A DNA stretch of 64,000 nucleotides from Promethearchaeota archaeon (lineage in GTDB: Archaea > Asgardarchaeota > Lokiarchaeia > Sigyniarchaeales > SOKP01). The notes below the pieces were generated by a model. It worked only from the letters and a program-made list of their open reading frames with translations. It was not told the DNA's origin and searched no databases. The stretch's first letter is position 1. Every line of letters begins with the position of its first letter. The DNA lies in the NCBI GenBank assembly GCA_019057795.1, contig JAHLWS010000082.1:32001-96000 (forward strand). Direction: 5' to 3'. Both the position numbers and the translations under genes were made by a program. Shown one piece after another: positions 30,007 through 40,571 of the stretch.

Positions 30007-30062
30007 GTAAAATAATTTGTATAATTTAAATTGATGTGTTTAATCTCACATGTTTCTAAAAG

Positions 30063-30443
30063 CTAATCTACAATAGAACTAAGTGATTTTGGTAGGTTAG
30101 GCGAAAAAAAAGACTGGATAAATTCAACATCGATTTCGTTTAATAAAGTGGCACTCTTACATGAAGCAATTAAGATTCCATAATGGTTTAACGGTTGTAT
30201 TAATATTGCCCCATTAGAACAATCAATTAGTATTCGTTTTAGGTTACCAGCTATTATTTCACCAAGAAATTGTCTTCCTATCCACCTTAGGGCTGCACAT
30301 ATCGCGGCAATAAGAGTCCGGTCTGTGTTTTCATCTACAAAAGAAGCAATGGGTAAGCCTTCATTACCCATAACTATGATTGCGCTAATTCCTACGTTTT
30401 TCTTACACAAATTTTCTAGGTATTCTTCTAGATTAGACATCAT
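30063..30443 (-). CDS. Roadblock/LC7 domain protein
   Basis: GISAIIVMGNEGLPIAS...LIAAICAAL...G.LKRILID...GAILI. Confidence 0.85.
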   Translation of the reverse strand: MMSNLEEYLENLCKKNVGISAIIVMGNEGLPIASFVDENTDRTLIAAICAALRWIGRQFLGEIIAGNLKRILIDCSNGAILIQPLNHYGILIASCKSATLLNEIDVEFIQSFFSPNLPKSLSSIVD

Positions 30444-30590
30444 AAATAGAAACTTTGATTTCGGATAAAAATAATTTTAACAAGAAAATATTAGGAATCC
30501 TAAATATATATGTATTTGCGTAGAGTGTAAAATAAAAATATCGGAATTTTTAAACCTTAATTTATACGGTTCAGGCCTTAGAAAATAGAG

Positions 30591-30608
30591 AGTGTGAATA
30601 TTCACACT
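30591..30608. promoter_or_regulatory. Perfect 18-bp palindrome AGTGTGAATATTCACACT, putative operator
   Basis: Exact inverted repeat in the divergent intergenic region, 65 nt upstream of the FrhB-like gene. Confidence 0.5.
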
Positions 30609-30673
30609 AGCTTTATATTTTATGTTCCATTTTATAAAACAAATTTTTATCTATAAAAATTATACATATTAAA

Positions 30674-31627
30674 GTGTCTAATTTAATGAAGATTGAAAAA
30701 TCTAGTCAAGAACTTGAAAATGAAGTAATTTATGCTGGTTTGTGCATTCATTGCGGAAGTTGTAACGCGTTTTGCCCACATATGGATTTTAATGAAGAAA
30801 CTGGATTAGCTTACGTCGTTGACGAATGTGCTGAGACTGTAGGTTTGTGCTATAATGCATGCCCACGAAGTTTCCTTCCTATTTCCGAAATTGAACAAAA
30901 AATGTTCGGTCAAAATCGCGTTGACTTAGCTGTTGGGGTATATAAAGATATAATTCAGGTTAAATCCAAAAACAAAGATGAGATTTTATACAATTTAGTT
31001 TCAGCCGCATTCGACTCTGGAATTGTTAAACATTTTGTTTTGAGCAAACCTAAAAGCCAAAAACCACCTGTCGCTTTTCCTGTAGTTGTTGATAGCGCGA
31101 ATGATGCTAAACAATACATTCCTAACAATCCCAATCAAAACGCCGGGCCGTTAATCACTGGAATTGGAAGAGCTTATTTGGATAGAAAGCGGGAAATAGG
31201 TATTATTGCGAATCCATGTCATCTTCAAGGGCTTGCAAAAATTGTAACAAGCGATTTTAATACGGGGGCTGAGCGTACTTCCCTAAAAATAGGCTTTGCC
31301 TGCTCTTCTGGTGGAATGGCAGGGTGTAAATATTGTACTGATTACACTGGAGAGTTTTCTGATATTTCTTATAGCCCATGGGGCGCACCTAAAGGCTCTG
31401 GAGAAGCATTTTTGATTGTTAGAACTGATGTAGGCCAAAAAGTCGTTGATCACGCAATAAAGAATAAATTAATCGAAGTTACCAATAAAGAGCCCGATCT
31501 TAGCGAAATGAAAAAGTTCATAAATAAGAAGAGAAAGAAAAACTTCTTAAATTTGTTAGGTAGAGATTTAATTACTGCCAAATACTTACATTTAAACATT
31601 GACGAATTCAAGGACTTACTCGAATAA
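30674..31627 (+). CDS. FrhB/FpoF-like (F420 hydrogenase beta family) Fe-S protein, shortened and degenerate
   Basis: GLCIHCGSCNAFCP, C..CP, NPCH, GCKYCTDYTGEFSDIS, LIVRT..G. Confidence 0.82.
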   Translation: MSNLMKIEKSSQELENEVIYAGLCIHCGSCNAFCPHMDFNEETGLAYVVDECAETVGLCYNACPRSFLPISEIEQKMFGQNRVDLAVGVYKDIIQVKSKNKDEILYNLVSAAFDSGIVKHFVLSKPKSQKPPVAFPVVVDSANDAKQYIPNNPNQNAGPLITGIGRAYLDRKREIGIIANPCHLQGLAKIVTSDFNTGAERTSLKIGFACSSGGMAGCKYCTDYTGEFSDISYSPWGAPKGSGEAFLIVRTDVGQKVVDHAIKNKLIEVTNKEPDLSEMKKFINKKRKKNFLNLLGRDLITAKYLHLNIDEFKDLLE

Positions 31628-31641
31628 AATTTTTGAAGTAG

Positions 31642-32193
31642 TTAACCCAAACCTATTTTTTTTTGTATTTCTTTTATTAATATTTCAAATATAATTTTAT
31701 TATTTTCCCCCGATTTTGAGCTCGTTTCAAAAAGATGATGGATACCATGTTCTTTCTGAAACTCCTCAGCTTCTTCTCGCTCAACAGTTCGTCTAACATT
31801 AGCTAGATCAACTTTTCCGCCAACTAGCACAAACACGGGATCTGAAGAATGGTCTTGAATAATATCGTACCATTCTTGAAGGTTCTGGAAACTTGTATAT
31901 CTTGTAATATCGTAACATAGCAGGCAACCGTGAGCGCCTCTTGCATAATTCGGTAAAAAAAATCTGAACCTTTTTTCGCCAGCAAAGTCCCAAATTTGAA
32001 GTTTTACAACCAGATTTTCAAATTCCATCTGATAAGTGGCTAAATCCGTTCCAATAGTGATTTTCATGGGAGTAAAATGCCCCGTAACTAGTCTCTGTAT
32101 CATGGTGCTTTTACCAACCCCTCCATCTCCTACAACGACTACCTTAAAAAGATATTTGCGTTTTTGCTCGCTTGGTTGCGACATAATATACAA
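31642..32193 (-). CDS. Rab-like small GTPase
   Basis: YLFKVVVVGDGGVGKS, TIG.D, KLQIWDFAGE.RFR, GKVD, ETSSK. Confidence 0.93.
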   Translation of the reverse strand: MYIMSQPSEQKRKYLFKVVVVGDGGVGKSTMIQRLVTGHFTPMKITIGTDLATYQMEFENLVVKLQIWDFAGEKRFRFFLPNYARGAHGCLLCYDITRYTSFQNLQEWYDIIQDHSSDPVFVLVGGKVDLANVRRTVEREEAEEFQKEHGIHHLFETSSKSGENNKIIFEILIKEIQKKIGLG

Positions 32194-32272
32194 TTATTTG
32201 AAATTCATGTAATTAATATATGGATAAGATTTTAATAAATTTGATTTTAATAAATTAAAATAATTCTATAAT

Positions 32273-33178
32273 TTATTCTCTAGCTAAATCTCGATTAAAT
32301 TTTTTATTTATTTTAGTAAGATTTTCGATTATGTTTTTACGATTTTCTTCGGGCAATTTTTTCAGTAAATTTTCAAAATCAGTGTGATTAATGCTGTTTA
32401 AATCTTTGTAGATAAAGATAAGTAACAAACTTGCCACTAGAGGTGAAATTATAACAATTAAAAATGATATGACGGATATACTTAATGGTTGTGAACCCTC
32501 AATTCCCGTGCCTGGTAAATAATACGAAAATCTTGAAAAAGTGTTATCAATAAATAAAGTAAAACTTATATTTAAGATGTTTAGGAATATGAATGTACTT
32601 AAGTTAATAATGCTTACAATTTTAAAACTCTTCAATTTTAGATGTGCGATTACTTTATCTAAATCGTTTTTAAGTATAGTATTGTTTTGTGCTTGTGTAC
32701 TGAGTTTATTATTATTATTTTTCAACCTAATTACTATTTTGGAATAATTCCATACATCAATTAGTATCCAATAAAACCCGAAAGTGTAGAGAAAGTTAAA
32801 AATTATGTTAAAAAATAGATCATAATATTGAATTAACTGTGGATGATAATAAGATTCTGCTCCTATCCAAAACAATAAAATTAATTGGAGTATTGATGTG
32901 AAAAACAATCGATTAGCATGCTTTTTTTCTAATCCTATGGGGCTATAAGTAATTAGGGTGCTATTAGGTGTGGTTCTCCATTTATTTGTATTAATTATTC
33001 TGAAAAATACAGAATACGCAAACGTGATAATTGGAAATAACAGTAGAAATAAATTTACCCAAGATTGAGCAAGGACAAACAAATATAAAATAGTAAAAAT
33101 TATTACATCTCTAAGTAAAGTCTCATTAAGTAATTCTCTTAAAAGTAAATAGTTTTCATCAGAATTATTTTCACTCAT
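32273..33178 (-). CDS. Hypothetical membrane protein
   Basis: About six hydrophobic segments; no motif recognised. Confidence 0.7.
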   Translation of the reverse strand: MSENNSDENYLLLRELLNETLLRDVIIFTILYLFVLAQSWVNLFLLLFPIITFAYSVFFRIINTNKWRTTPNSTLITYSPIGLEKKHANRLFFTSILQLILLFWIGAESYYHPQLIQYYDLFFNIIFNFLYTFGFYWILIDVWNYSKIVIRLKNNNNKLSTQAQNNTILKNDLDKVIAHLKLKSFKIVSIINLSTFIFLNILNISFTLFIDNTFSRFSYYLPGTGIEGSQPLSISVISFLIVIISPLVASLLLIFIYKDLNSINHTDFENLLKKLPEENRKNIIENLTKINKKFNRDLARE

Positions 33179-33269
33179 TTTTTAATAATAAATAATAAAA
33201 AACATTTATACTCTATGATATTATTAGTTCTAAATTATAGATTAACAATAATTATCAAAATACCTTTCG

Positions 33270-35249
33270 GTGGACAAAATAAATTACCTCGATTTCTTTC
33301 CTTATGAGCAATTTAGACGCGACCAAGAAGATATCACGAAAAAAATTGAGAAAGCTTCAATTGAAAAAAAAAATACTTTACTCGCAGCTCCAAATGGTAC
33401 AGGTAAGACAATAATTGCTTTAAGTGCCTTATTGCCTTTATCAATAAGAAATAATTTAAAAATCATCTATATGTGCCGTACTCACTCTCAGAATACAAGG
33501 ATTATTAAAGAACTAACGAAAATTTCAAATTTTCTAAAAAAGAAAACCCCCCAAATCCAAATAAACGGGCTTTCCATTAGGGGAAGGAACGAAATGTGCC
33601 TTAACGAAACATTATTATCGTTAAAACTTAGACCAAAAGAATCGATGTCCGTGTGTGGAGATTTAAGAAAAAATAAAAATTGTAGATATTTTCTAAATTT
33701 AATCAAAAAAAGAAGTGAATACGATAACCCTATCGATATTGCTCCCGATTTATTAAGTGAACCGGTTGATGCCGAAGAATTAATTAACTTTTGTAAGGAT
33801 AAAAAATTATGTCCTTATTTTTTGAGCAAATTTCTTCTAAAAGAAATGAGAATAATTGCATGCAATTACCAGTGGATTTTCAATCCTTTTATACGCGAAA
33901 ATTTTTTACAATTTATAGATGAAGAGCTTAATAATTGCATTTTAGTGCTTGATGAATGCCATAATGTAATTGATATGGCAACAGAAATTAATTCCGATAG
34001 AATAACGCCGTACTCACTTAGAATATGTCTAAAGGATTTAGAAATTTTCCGGTCACCAAGTATTATGCAGAGGTTTGTAAAAGTTTTATTAAGCCATTTA
34101 GAAAAGAAGAAAAAGAGTTCAAGTGTAGCAGAAATAGAAATTAAAGCAGAAAATTTCTTGCTTCAAATTTATTCAAAGTTAGGGTTTTCGAACTTAAACG
34201 ATTTTAAGAATCTTCTTAGGGATTTACACACTTTCAGTGTTTCAATTCACAACGAAAAGGTAGCTAACGGTGATATTTCAAGAGATTTCATAGGGGCCTT
34301 AGCAGAGTTCTGGCTAAAATGGATAAGATGCTATTTATTGGATAATTACTTCTTTTGTTATAATCTAAAAAGGGTAAAAGGGAAACCGATAATTTCAATA
34401 GAAATTGTTGCGTTAGACCCACGAGATATTGTTATTCCCATTTTAAAAGAATGTTATACTAGTGTGCATCTTTCTGGAACCGTAAATCCTTATGTTTATA
34501 ACAATTTAATGGGTTTAAGAGAAAGTGGAAAAAGCTATAAAGGAATCGTTGCGAGTTCACCATTTAAAAAGGAAAACATTAAAGCATTAATTACAGAAGG
34601 AGTAGACACGCGTAGAGGGAGTCGAACAGGTCCAATGTTTAAAAAAATGCTCTCTAAAATTGACGAAGTAATTTATAGCACTCCTGCTAACATAGGTATT
34701 TTTTGTGCTTCATATAAAGTTCTAAACGCATTAGTTACGAATGGTATTGAATCAATAGCTAATAAGAATAAAAAACAATTATTTATCGAGGAACCAGGAC
34801 TTTCTGCTTCAGAAAATGCCTACTTGGTAAACGATTTTAAATCAATGGCATCACCTTCTCGTAATGGAGCTGTTTTATTGGGCGTGTGTGGAGGGCGAAA
34901 TTCAGAAGGAGAAGATTATCCGGGAGATCATATGAATTCAGTAATTATCGCTGGATTTCCGTATCATTTACCCTCCCCCCGAGTTAATGCAAAAATAGCA
35001 TATTACGATAATGTTTTTGATAAGCAAGGATGGAATTTCGCGTACCTATATCCTGCCGTTCAAAGGGCAAACCAAGCTTCTGGGCGCCCTATACGAAAAT
35101 TAAAAGATAAAGGCGCAATAATATTTATGGATTTCCGTTTTAAACAAAAGTACAAATGGATTTCTGAATGGATAAGAAAAGAACTTGAAGTTGTGCCAGA
35201 TAAGGAAGGTGTTTTAACGAAAAATTTATATCCCTTTTGGCACAGTTAA
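33270..35249 (+). CDS. xpd: XPD/Rad3-family Fe-S DNA helicase
   Basis: FPY..R..Q, APNGTGKT, Fe-S cysteines (MCL, VC, NC, LCPY), DECHN, SGT, SEG.D, QASGRPIR. Confidence 0.92.
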   Translation: MDKINYLDFFPYEQFRRDQEDITKKIEKASIEKKNTLLAAPNGTGKTIIALSALLPLSIRNNLKIIYMCRTHSQNTRIIKELTKISNFLKKKTPQIQINGLSIRGRNEMCLNETLLSLKLRPKESMSVCGDLRKNKNCRYFLNLIKKRSEYDNPIDIAPDLLSEPVDAEELINFCKDKKLCPYFLSKFLLKEMRIIACNYQWIFNPFIRENFLQFIDEELNNCILVLDECHNVIDMATEINSDRITPYSLRICLKDLEIFRSPSIMQRFVKVLLSHLEKKKKSSSVAEIEIKAENFLLQIYSKLGFSNLNDFKNLLRDLHTFSVSIHNEKVANGDISRDFIGALAEFWLKWIRCYLLDNYFFCYNLKRVKGKPIISIEIVALDPRDIVIPILKECYTSVHLSGTVNPYVYNNLMGLRESGKSYKGIVASSPFKKENIKALITEGVDTRRGSRTGPMFKKMLSKIDEVIYSTPANIGIFCASYKVLNALVTNGIESIANKNKKQLFIEEPGLSASENAYLVNDFKSMASPSRNGAVLLGVCGGRNSEGEDYPGDHMNSVIIAGFPYHLPSPRVNAKIAYYDNVFDKQGWNFAYLYPAVQRANQASGRPIRKLKDKGAIIFMDFRFKQKYKWISEWIRKELEVVPDKEGVLTKNLYPFWHS

Positions 35250-35303
35250 AATATTAGAGAGAATCAATTATTTTACATTAATTCAAGAAGTTTACCGCAT
35301 TTA

Positions 35304-37088
35304 TTATAAATTAAGATATAGATTAGCTAATTTTTTAGAAACAATGCTCCATGTAAAATTGGTCTTAACTCTTTTGTAGCAATTTTCTTTAATCTTTTTG
35401 TAGAAGTGTGGATCTAAAAGAACTAAAGACTTGATTATTTCGTCTGGAATCTGATTTACCAATTGAAGGATTTCTGTTTCATATATATTTTCTTTGCTTT
35501 TCGCTCTCTTAGAGATTTCTGCTAAAACTAAAAGAGAGATTGAAGCTTCAGCAAATTGAGAGGGATTATCTCTTTCAACTAAAACCCCAGTTCCTATTTC
35601 TGGGAAGTTTCTTAGATCAATGATGGATTCTTTTAAGCCTCCAACCTTACTTGCAATGATGGGCATTTTAGATGCCATAGCTTCTAATGCCATAATACCA
35701 AATGGTTCCCATCGGGAAAGAGATACAAAAACATCGGCAGATATATGTGCCAGATAAAAAATATCGGAAGCTACTCCGAAAATAATCCTAACATTTTCAG
35801 GATACTTTTTAACATATGTGGAATATATTTTAATTTCATCAAGGCTATAGTCCGTTGGTAAAATAAGGAAAAGAAATCGTGCATCATGAACTACCTTTAA
35901 GACCTCTGGAATTGCTTCAAAAATGATTTCAAAACCTTTTTGAGGCGATATACGACCAGTAGTTAATAATAATGGGCCACTTTCGGAAAAAGCTTTAATA
36001 TTACCGTTTTTAATAAAGGGATTTCCGTTTGATATTTCGTTTATTGTGTCAAGAACTTTTTGTGAATTAATTAAAGGACTCCGACTTAATTTTCCAATTT
36101 TGTATTCTAATAAATACTCTTTTAAATCTTTTCTTTCTATTTTTGATAATTCATTTAAATTGAGATATTCTCTTAAATCGTGGCCGTGAATTTTCAAAAC
36201 TTTTTCATATATCTCGTAATAATCCCAATCAGTTCCATCATATACAAAATCAGCCTTGAACGCTATTAATTTTTTGCCACAGTTTGGAATAATGTCTGAT
36301 ATTAAATATGATTGGCTTACTGTAGTAACAACATCTGATATAATAGCTCCAATCTTTTCAACTGTGGGTACTGTAGATTCAATACCCAATTCGTTAAATT
36401 CTTTAGATAGTTTAAATATTTCGTTCAAATTTAGTAATTTAAACCCTTCATTTAATAAGACTCTAATTGGCGTTTCGTCTATTCCACTTGCTCTATAAAA
36501 GTCGTATTCGAACCTCGGCCAAGTTAATAAGTGTATCGTTAATATTGAAGCAACATTTAAACTATTTTTTGCTAAGATCTGTTTCATTCCTATAAAGGCC
36601 AAAACAACGTGGTAATCGTGCAAATGAACAACTTCAGGCAAATAGTTCCTGTTATTTTCTATAAAGAATTCTACTAAACATTGAATCCCAATGCTAAAAA
36701 GAGATATTTTACCTTTTATTGTTTCTGGCTTATAAACCGTCTTATCATCCAAATACTTTGATGTGAAAGAATTCTCTCCAGAAACTAAAACGATGTTCAC
36801 ATTTTCCATTTTAAATTTATAAAATGAAATATAATAGCTCGCTTCCTGCTCATTTATTCCGATAAAAGAAGGATTAATTTGACCGATACAAGTGAATGGT
36901 AATTTTTCCAATTTAAATTTGTTTTTTAGATTTTCAATTTGCCCATGGGACGGCATAAATACGGTTATATCGAACTGTTCAACTAAATGTTTTGCCTGAT
37001 TTGCAGGGACCTCCCCAAGCCCTCCTACTTTAGCTACACCAGCGTACTCAAATGAAAAAATCCATACTTTTTTCTTTTTTTCTGTCAA
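35304..37088 (-). CDS. glgA: Glycogen synthase (GT5)
   Basis: KVGGLG, HLHDYH, TTVS..Y, GRI..QKG, SRWEPFGIMALEAM. Confidence 0.88.
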   Translation of the reverse strand: MTEKKKKVWIFSFEYAGVAKVGGLGEVPANQAKHLVEQFDITVFMPSHGQIENLKNKFKLEKLPFTCIGQINPSFIGINEQEASYYISFYKFKMENVNIVLVSGENSFTSKYLDDKTVYKPETIKGKISLFSIGIQCLVEFFIENNRNYLPEVVHLHDYHVVLAFIGMKQILAKNSLNVASILTIHLLTWPRFEYDFYRASGIDETPIRVLLNEGFKLLNLNEIFKLSKEFNELGIESTVPTVEKIGAIISDVVTTVSQSYLISDIIPNCGKKLIAFKADFVYDGTDWDYYEIYEKVLKIHGHDLREYLNLNELSKIERKDLKEYLLEYKIGKLSRSPLINSQKVLDTINEISNGNPFIKNGNIKAFSESGPLLLTTGRISPQKGFEIIFEAIPEVLKVVHDARFLFLILPTDYSLDEIKIYSTYVKKYPENVRIIFGVASDIFYLAHISADVFVSLSRWEPFGIMALEAMASKMPIIASKVGGLKESIIDLRNFPEIGTGVLVERDNPSQFAEASISLLVLAEISKRAKSKENIYETEILQLVNQIPDEIIKSLVLLDPHFYKKIKENCYKRVKTNFTWSIVSKKLANLYLNL

Positions 37089-37325
37089 ATTAGCTCATTT
37101 TTTAAAGAACTTAATTTACTGGAAAAAAGCTCAAGACTTATTTAATTATTAATATTTAGTTAAAGACTTTAAATATTACTTTTATTAAAGATTAATTAAA
37201 TTTATCTATTGTTTGGGTCAATCGCGGTAAAAATTAACTATATTTATTAAATTAAATAATTAAAATTTTTATTGAGTTATTCTTATAGAATTAAATAAAT
37301 AAATGAAAATTTAGAAGAAGAAATT

Positions 37326-38531
37326 ATGTGCGATACATTAGTAGCGTTAGGGGGGGCAACTAAAGATAGAAATGTAGTTTTTGGAAAGAATAGCGATAGA
37401 CCTCAATCTGAAGCCCAACTGGTAACGTACCTTCCCAGAACGCAATATTCCAAGGGAGAAGAAGTAAAATGTACCTATATTTCCATTCCACAAGTTTCTG
37501 AAACACATGAAACTATTCTCTCGCAACCTTACTGGATGTTTGGAGCTGAAATGGCTGCAAATTCATATGGCGTTGTCATAGGAAACGAGTCAGTATATTC
37601 AAGAGAAGATTATCAAGATTCGGGATTACTAGGGATGGATTTACTACGCTTAGGCGTGGAACGAGGACAATCGGCTAAAGAAGCATTAAATGTAATCACA
37701 GATTTATTAGAAAAATATGGGCAAGGAGGGGGTTGTAGTTATGGGGATCAAGGTTGGACATACCATAATTCATTTTTAATTGCGGATACAAAAGAAGCTT
37801 ATGTATTAGAAACAGCTGACAAATGGTGGATTGCAGAAATCGTTAAGGATGTAAGATCAATTTCCAACAACCTATCAATTAGGGGAAAAGGTGATTTGAG
37901 GCGAAAAGGCATAATCCAACACGCTATTGAAAAAGGATATTGTAAAGATGACAGCAATTTTGATTTCGCTATGATTTTTTCAGACCCTCAAATTCCCGAT
38001 AAATTTTCTCCTATTACACGAGAAGGGTGTTCATTAGCAATGTTAAACGAGAATAATCAAAAAATTACTCCGGCTTTAATGATGGAGTTTTTGAGGGAAC
38101 ACAATGTAGGAATATGTATGCATGGGTCGTTTCAATCAACAGCCTCTCAAGTATCACACCTAAAAAAAGATGGTAAATCTATACATTGGTTCACTGGAGG
38201 TACACTTCCGTGTTTAAATATCTTTAAACCATACATTTTTCCGGGACAAGGACAAATATTTTCTACAGAAAAACCTGGACCATACAAAGAGCTAGATTCA
38301 TCCTGGTTTTGGTCAAGGCATAAAGAATTTATAAGTCCATATAAAAAACGCTCAATTAAACCAGAAAAGCAAGAATATATCAACAGATTAAGAAAAATAG
38401 AAAAAAAATTATCAAGCGATGTAGAAAACATTACTAAACAAGAAACATCTCTTTCTAGCAACGATTTTACGAAGAAAGTTATAACTTTAAATAACAAAGC
38501 GTGGGAACTAGCGGAAGAACTAATAAAATAA
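37326..38531 (+). CDS. Secernin-like peptidase C69 (Ntn hydrolase)
   Basis: MCDT, FGKNSDRP..EAQ, WMFGAEM, IGNE, LLGMDLLRLG.ER, YHNSFLIAD. Confidence 0.92.
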   Translation: MCDTLVALGGATKDRNVVFGKNSDRPQSEAQLVTYLPRTQYSKGEEVKCTYISIPQVSETHETILSQPYWMFGAEMAANSYGVVIGNESVYSREDYQDSGLLGMDLLRLGVERGQSAKEALNVITDLLEKYGQGGGCSYGDQGWTYHNSFLIADTKEAYVLETADKWWIAEIVKDVRSISNNLSIRGKGDLRRKGIIQHAIEKGYCKDDSNFDFAMIFSDPQIPDKFSPITREGCSLAMLNENNQKITPALMMEFLREHNVGICMHGSFQSTASQVSHLKKDGKSIHWFTGGTLPCLNIFKPYIFPGQGQIFSTEKPGPYKELDSSWFWSRHKEFISPYKKRSIKPEKQEYINRLRKIEKKLSSDVENITKQETSLSSNDFTKKVITLNNKAWELAEELIK

Positions 38532-38565
38532 AAATAAGAAGAAATTTAGCTTAAAATCTTAATGT

Positions 38566-39975
38566 TTATTTAATTTCATTACTAATTTTTGTTAAAAGTC
38601 TAAGCATTTCATTTTTTACAAAGTAACCACAGAGAGGGCTAAAACTTGGCACGGGTTCATAACCCCCTTCTTCAACATATTCGTGTATAGGAAATAGGTA
38701 TCCTATCCAATCTTGAGCATTTTGAAAAATAAAAATGTTATCTTTTCCAATTAAAGACGCTTTAAGAAAGCTTTCTCCTATTTCTTCAAACAATTCTCCT
38801 GGAATTGTCATTAAACTAAATTCTTTTTCCTTAGATTTTGATTTTGCCTTAACCTTGATATATTGAATAACAGTGTTGCATCTGAATTTACCTTTATTTT
38901 TATCAATGATAAAAATTGGAAAATTAGAATTTAACATTGTATATCGAGCAATGTTTAACAAGAATAATTTCTTAATTGCGTAAATCAATTTGTTTGTAAA
39001 CCATTGTTTAGAAAAATATTTGTGATCTTTCATTGGAATCCAAAACTCGTGTGCATATATTTGGAATTCTATGGTGCTAAAATAATCATTATCAGAAATA
39101 GAATTCGCTAATTTCAACGCTTCTTCAGCAATAGTATATCCAATTCTTTCTGTATGATGATAAGTACCTAGCTGATCGTATATTGGCGTTTTATCCAATT
39201 CAAATTGTTCGTACTCAGTCCCACATGTTGTTATAGGGTTTAAATCACCTGAAGCGCCATTGAAGTATATTGCTTTTACTTTATTATTTGTTAATTCGCT
39301 AATTTTCTGAATTATACGACCCGGATAATCGGCAGATAATTTATTATTTTTGTATGATAATGTAGTAGGATGGCACGCATAGTTAATAATAAAACCTAAC
39401 AATTCATTTTCTTCTAAACTTTTAAAAGTAATTACTCCTAAATGAGGAAGAGTCTTCCTAGAGGGGTGTCTTCTGTTGATTACGAGGTCTGGATTAAAGG
39501 GTTCCTTTTTCCACGCAATTTTGCAAGACTTTAAATTACTAAATAATCCTTCGACCATTTTCAGTATTTTATTAGTGAACCATACGATGTATTTATCATT
39601 CTTATTCGCACCAAACATAATACCTCTCATTACATTTAGAGCACCTCCAGGCCAATAAAACTCGCCCGTTAAATCAAAAGCAGCGTGAGTATGAGTGGCA
39701 TGCACTAAAATTTGTTCAAATTTTAATGAAGGATATTTCTTAATTATTTTATTTCTAATGTATTTTGTTATAGATAAAGGAACTTTTAACAAATCTAAAG
39801 ATATTAGAAGCAAAAAATCTTTAGTAGAAGCTACTGAATTGCTTTCAATTAAAACGCTATGAACATAAATGTCATCTAACTTCCCTAAACAGGGGTCTTT
39901 ACGAGTATATCCTGCCAAAGGTTTACTAACATATTCTTTGGGAGTAATATTTAACTTACTAAAAGCAACTTTCAT
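38566..39975 (-). CDS. Neutral/alkaline ceramidase-like hydrolase
   Basis: ITP...LAGY, HATHTH, NRR, NYACHPT, SADYPG, GASGD, PGE, GY.P......GGYE. Confidence 0.82.
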   Translation of the reverse strand: MKVAFSKLNITPKEYVSKPLAGYTRKDPCLGKLDDIYVHSVLIESNSVASTKDFLLLISLDLLKVPLSITKYIRNKIIKKYPSLKFEQILVHATHTHAAFDLTGEFYWPGGALNVMRGIMFGANKNDKYIVWFTNKILKMVEGLFSNLKSCKIAWKKEPFNPDLVINRRHPSRKTLPHLGVITFKSLEENELLGFIINYACHPTTLSYKNNKLSADYPGRIIQKISELTNNKVKAIYFNGASGDLNPITTCGTEYEQFELDKTPIYDQLGTYHHTERIGYTIAEEALKLANSISDNDYFSTIEFQIYAHEFWIPMKDHKYFSKQWFTNKLIYAIKKLFLLNIARYTMLNSNFPIFIIDKNKGKFRCNTVIQYIKVKAKSKSKEKEFSLMTIPGELFEEIGESFLKASLIGKDNIFIFQNAQDWIGYLFPIHEYVEEGGYEPVPSFSPLCGYFVKNEMLRLLTKISNEIK

Positions 39976-40108
39976 TGGATAATATTAAAAGTAATTTACT
40001 CAAAAAGTTTTCTTTTTAAAAAGTTAGATTAAAAGAACGACTTTTACGAAAAATTTTTATCTTTTTCAATATTTTTTCTAATAATTCATTAATTTAAATA
40101 GTTAACAA

Positions 40109-40414
40109 ATGGTTTTTTTTATGGCTTTGAGTAAATTAGATGTATTAGGAATTGAAGGCACTATATCAAATTATAAGCAAGGGCGTCATACAATACACCT
40201 TAAACATTGTATTATCGTGTTTCCAAATGTTAAGACTAGAAAAGAGGCTAATAAATTAATTGGAAGGACAGTAGTTTGGGTAAGTTCTACGGGAAAAGAA
40301 TTAAAAGGTATCATATCGCGCGCACATGGCAACAGTGGAGCGGTTAGAGCCCACTTCAAAAAAGCTGGCGTCCCTGGACAAGCATTAGGTACTAAAGTGA
40401 AAATTATAAAATAA
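40109..40414 (+). CDS. rpl35ae: 50S ribosomal protein L35Ae (eL33)
   Basis: G.I..Y..G, LIGR.V.W, G.I...HGNSGAVRA.F. Confidence 0.93.
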   Translation: MVFFMALSKLDVLGIEGTISNYKQGRHTIHLKHCIIVFPNVKTRKEANKLIGRTVVWVSSTGKELKGIISRAHGNSGAVRAHFKKAGVPGQALGTKVKIIK

Positions 40415-40571
40415 CTATTTTTTAAGTATTGTTCTCACGAATTATAAGGACTTCTTTCGTAATATTTCAATAACATACCTAAATTAATACTATATTTTCA
40501 TCTATTTCTGTTGATAAAGCGATCAAAAATAGTTTTTTTTTAATTTAAATAGGTCGGGTTTAAAATTAAAT

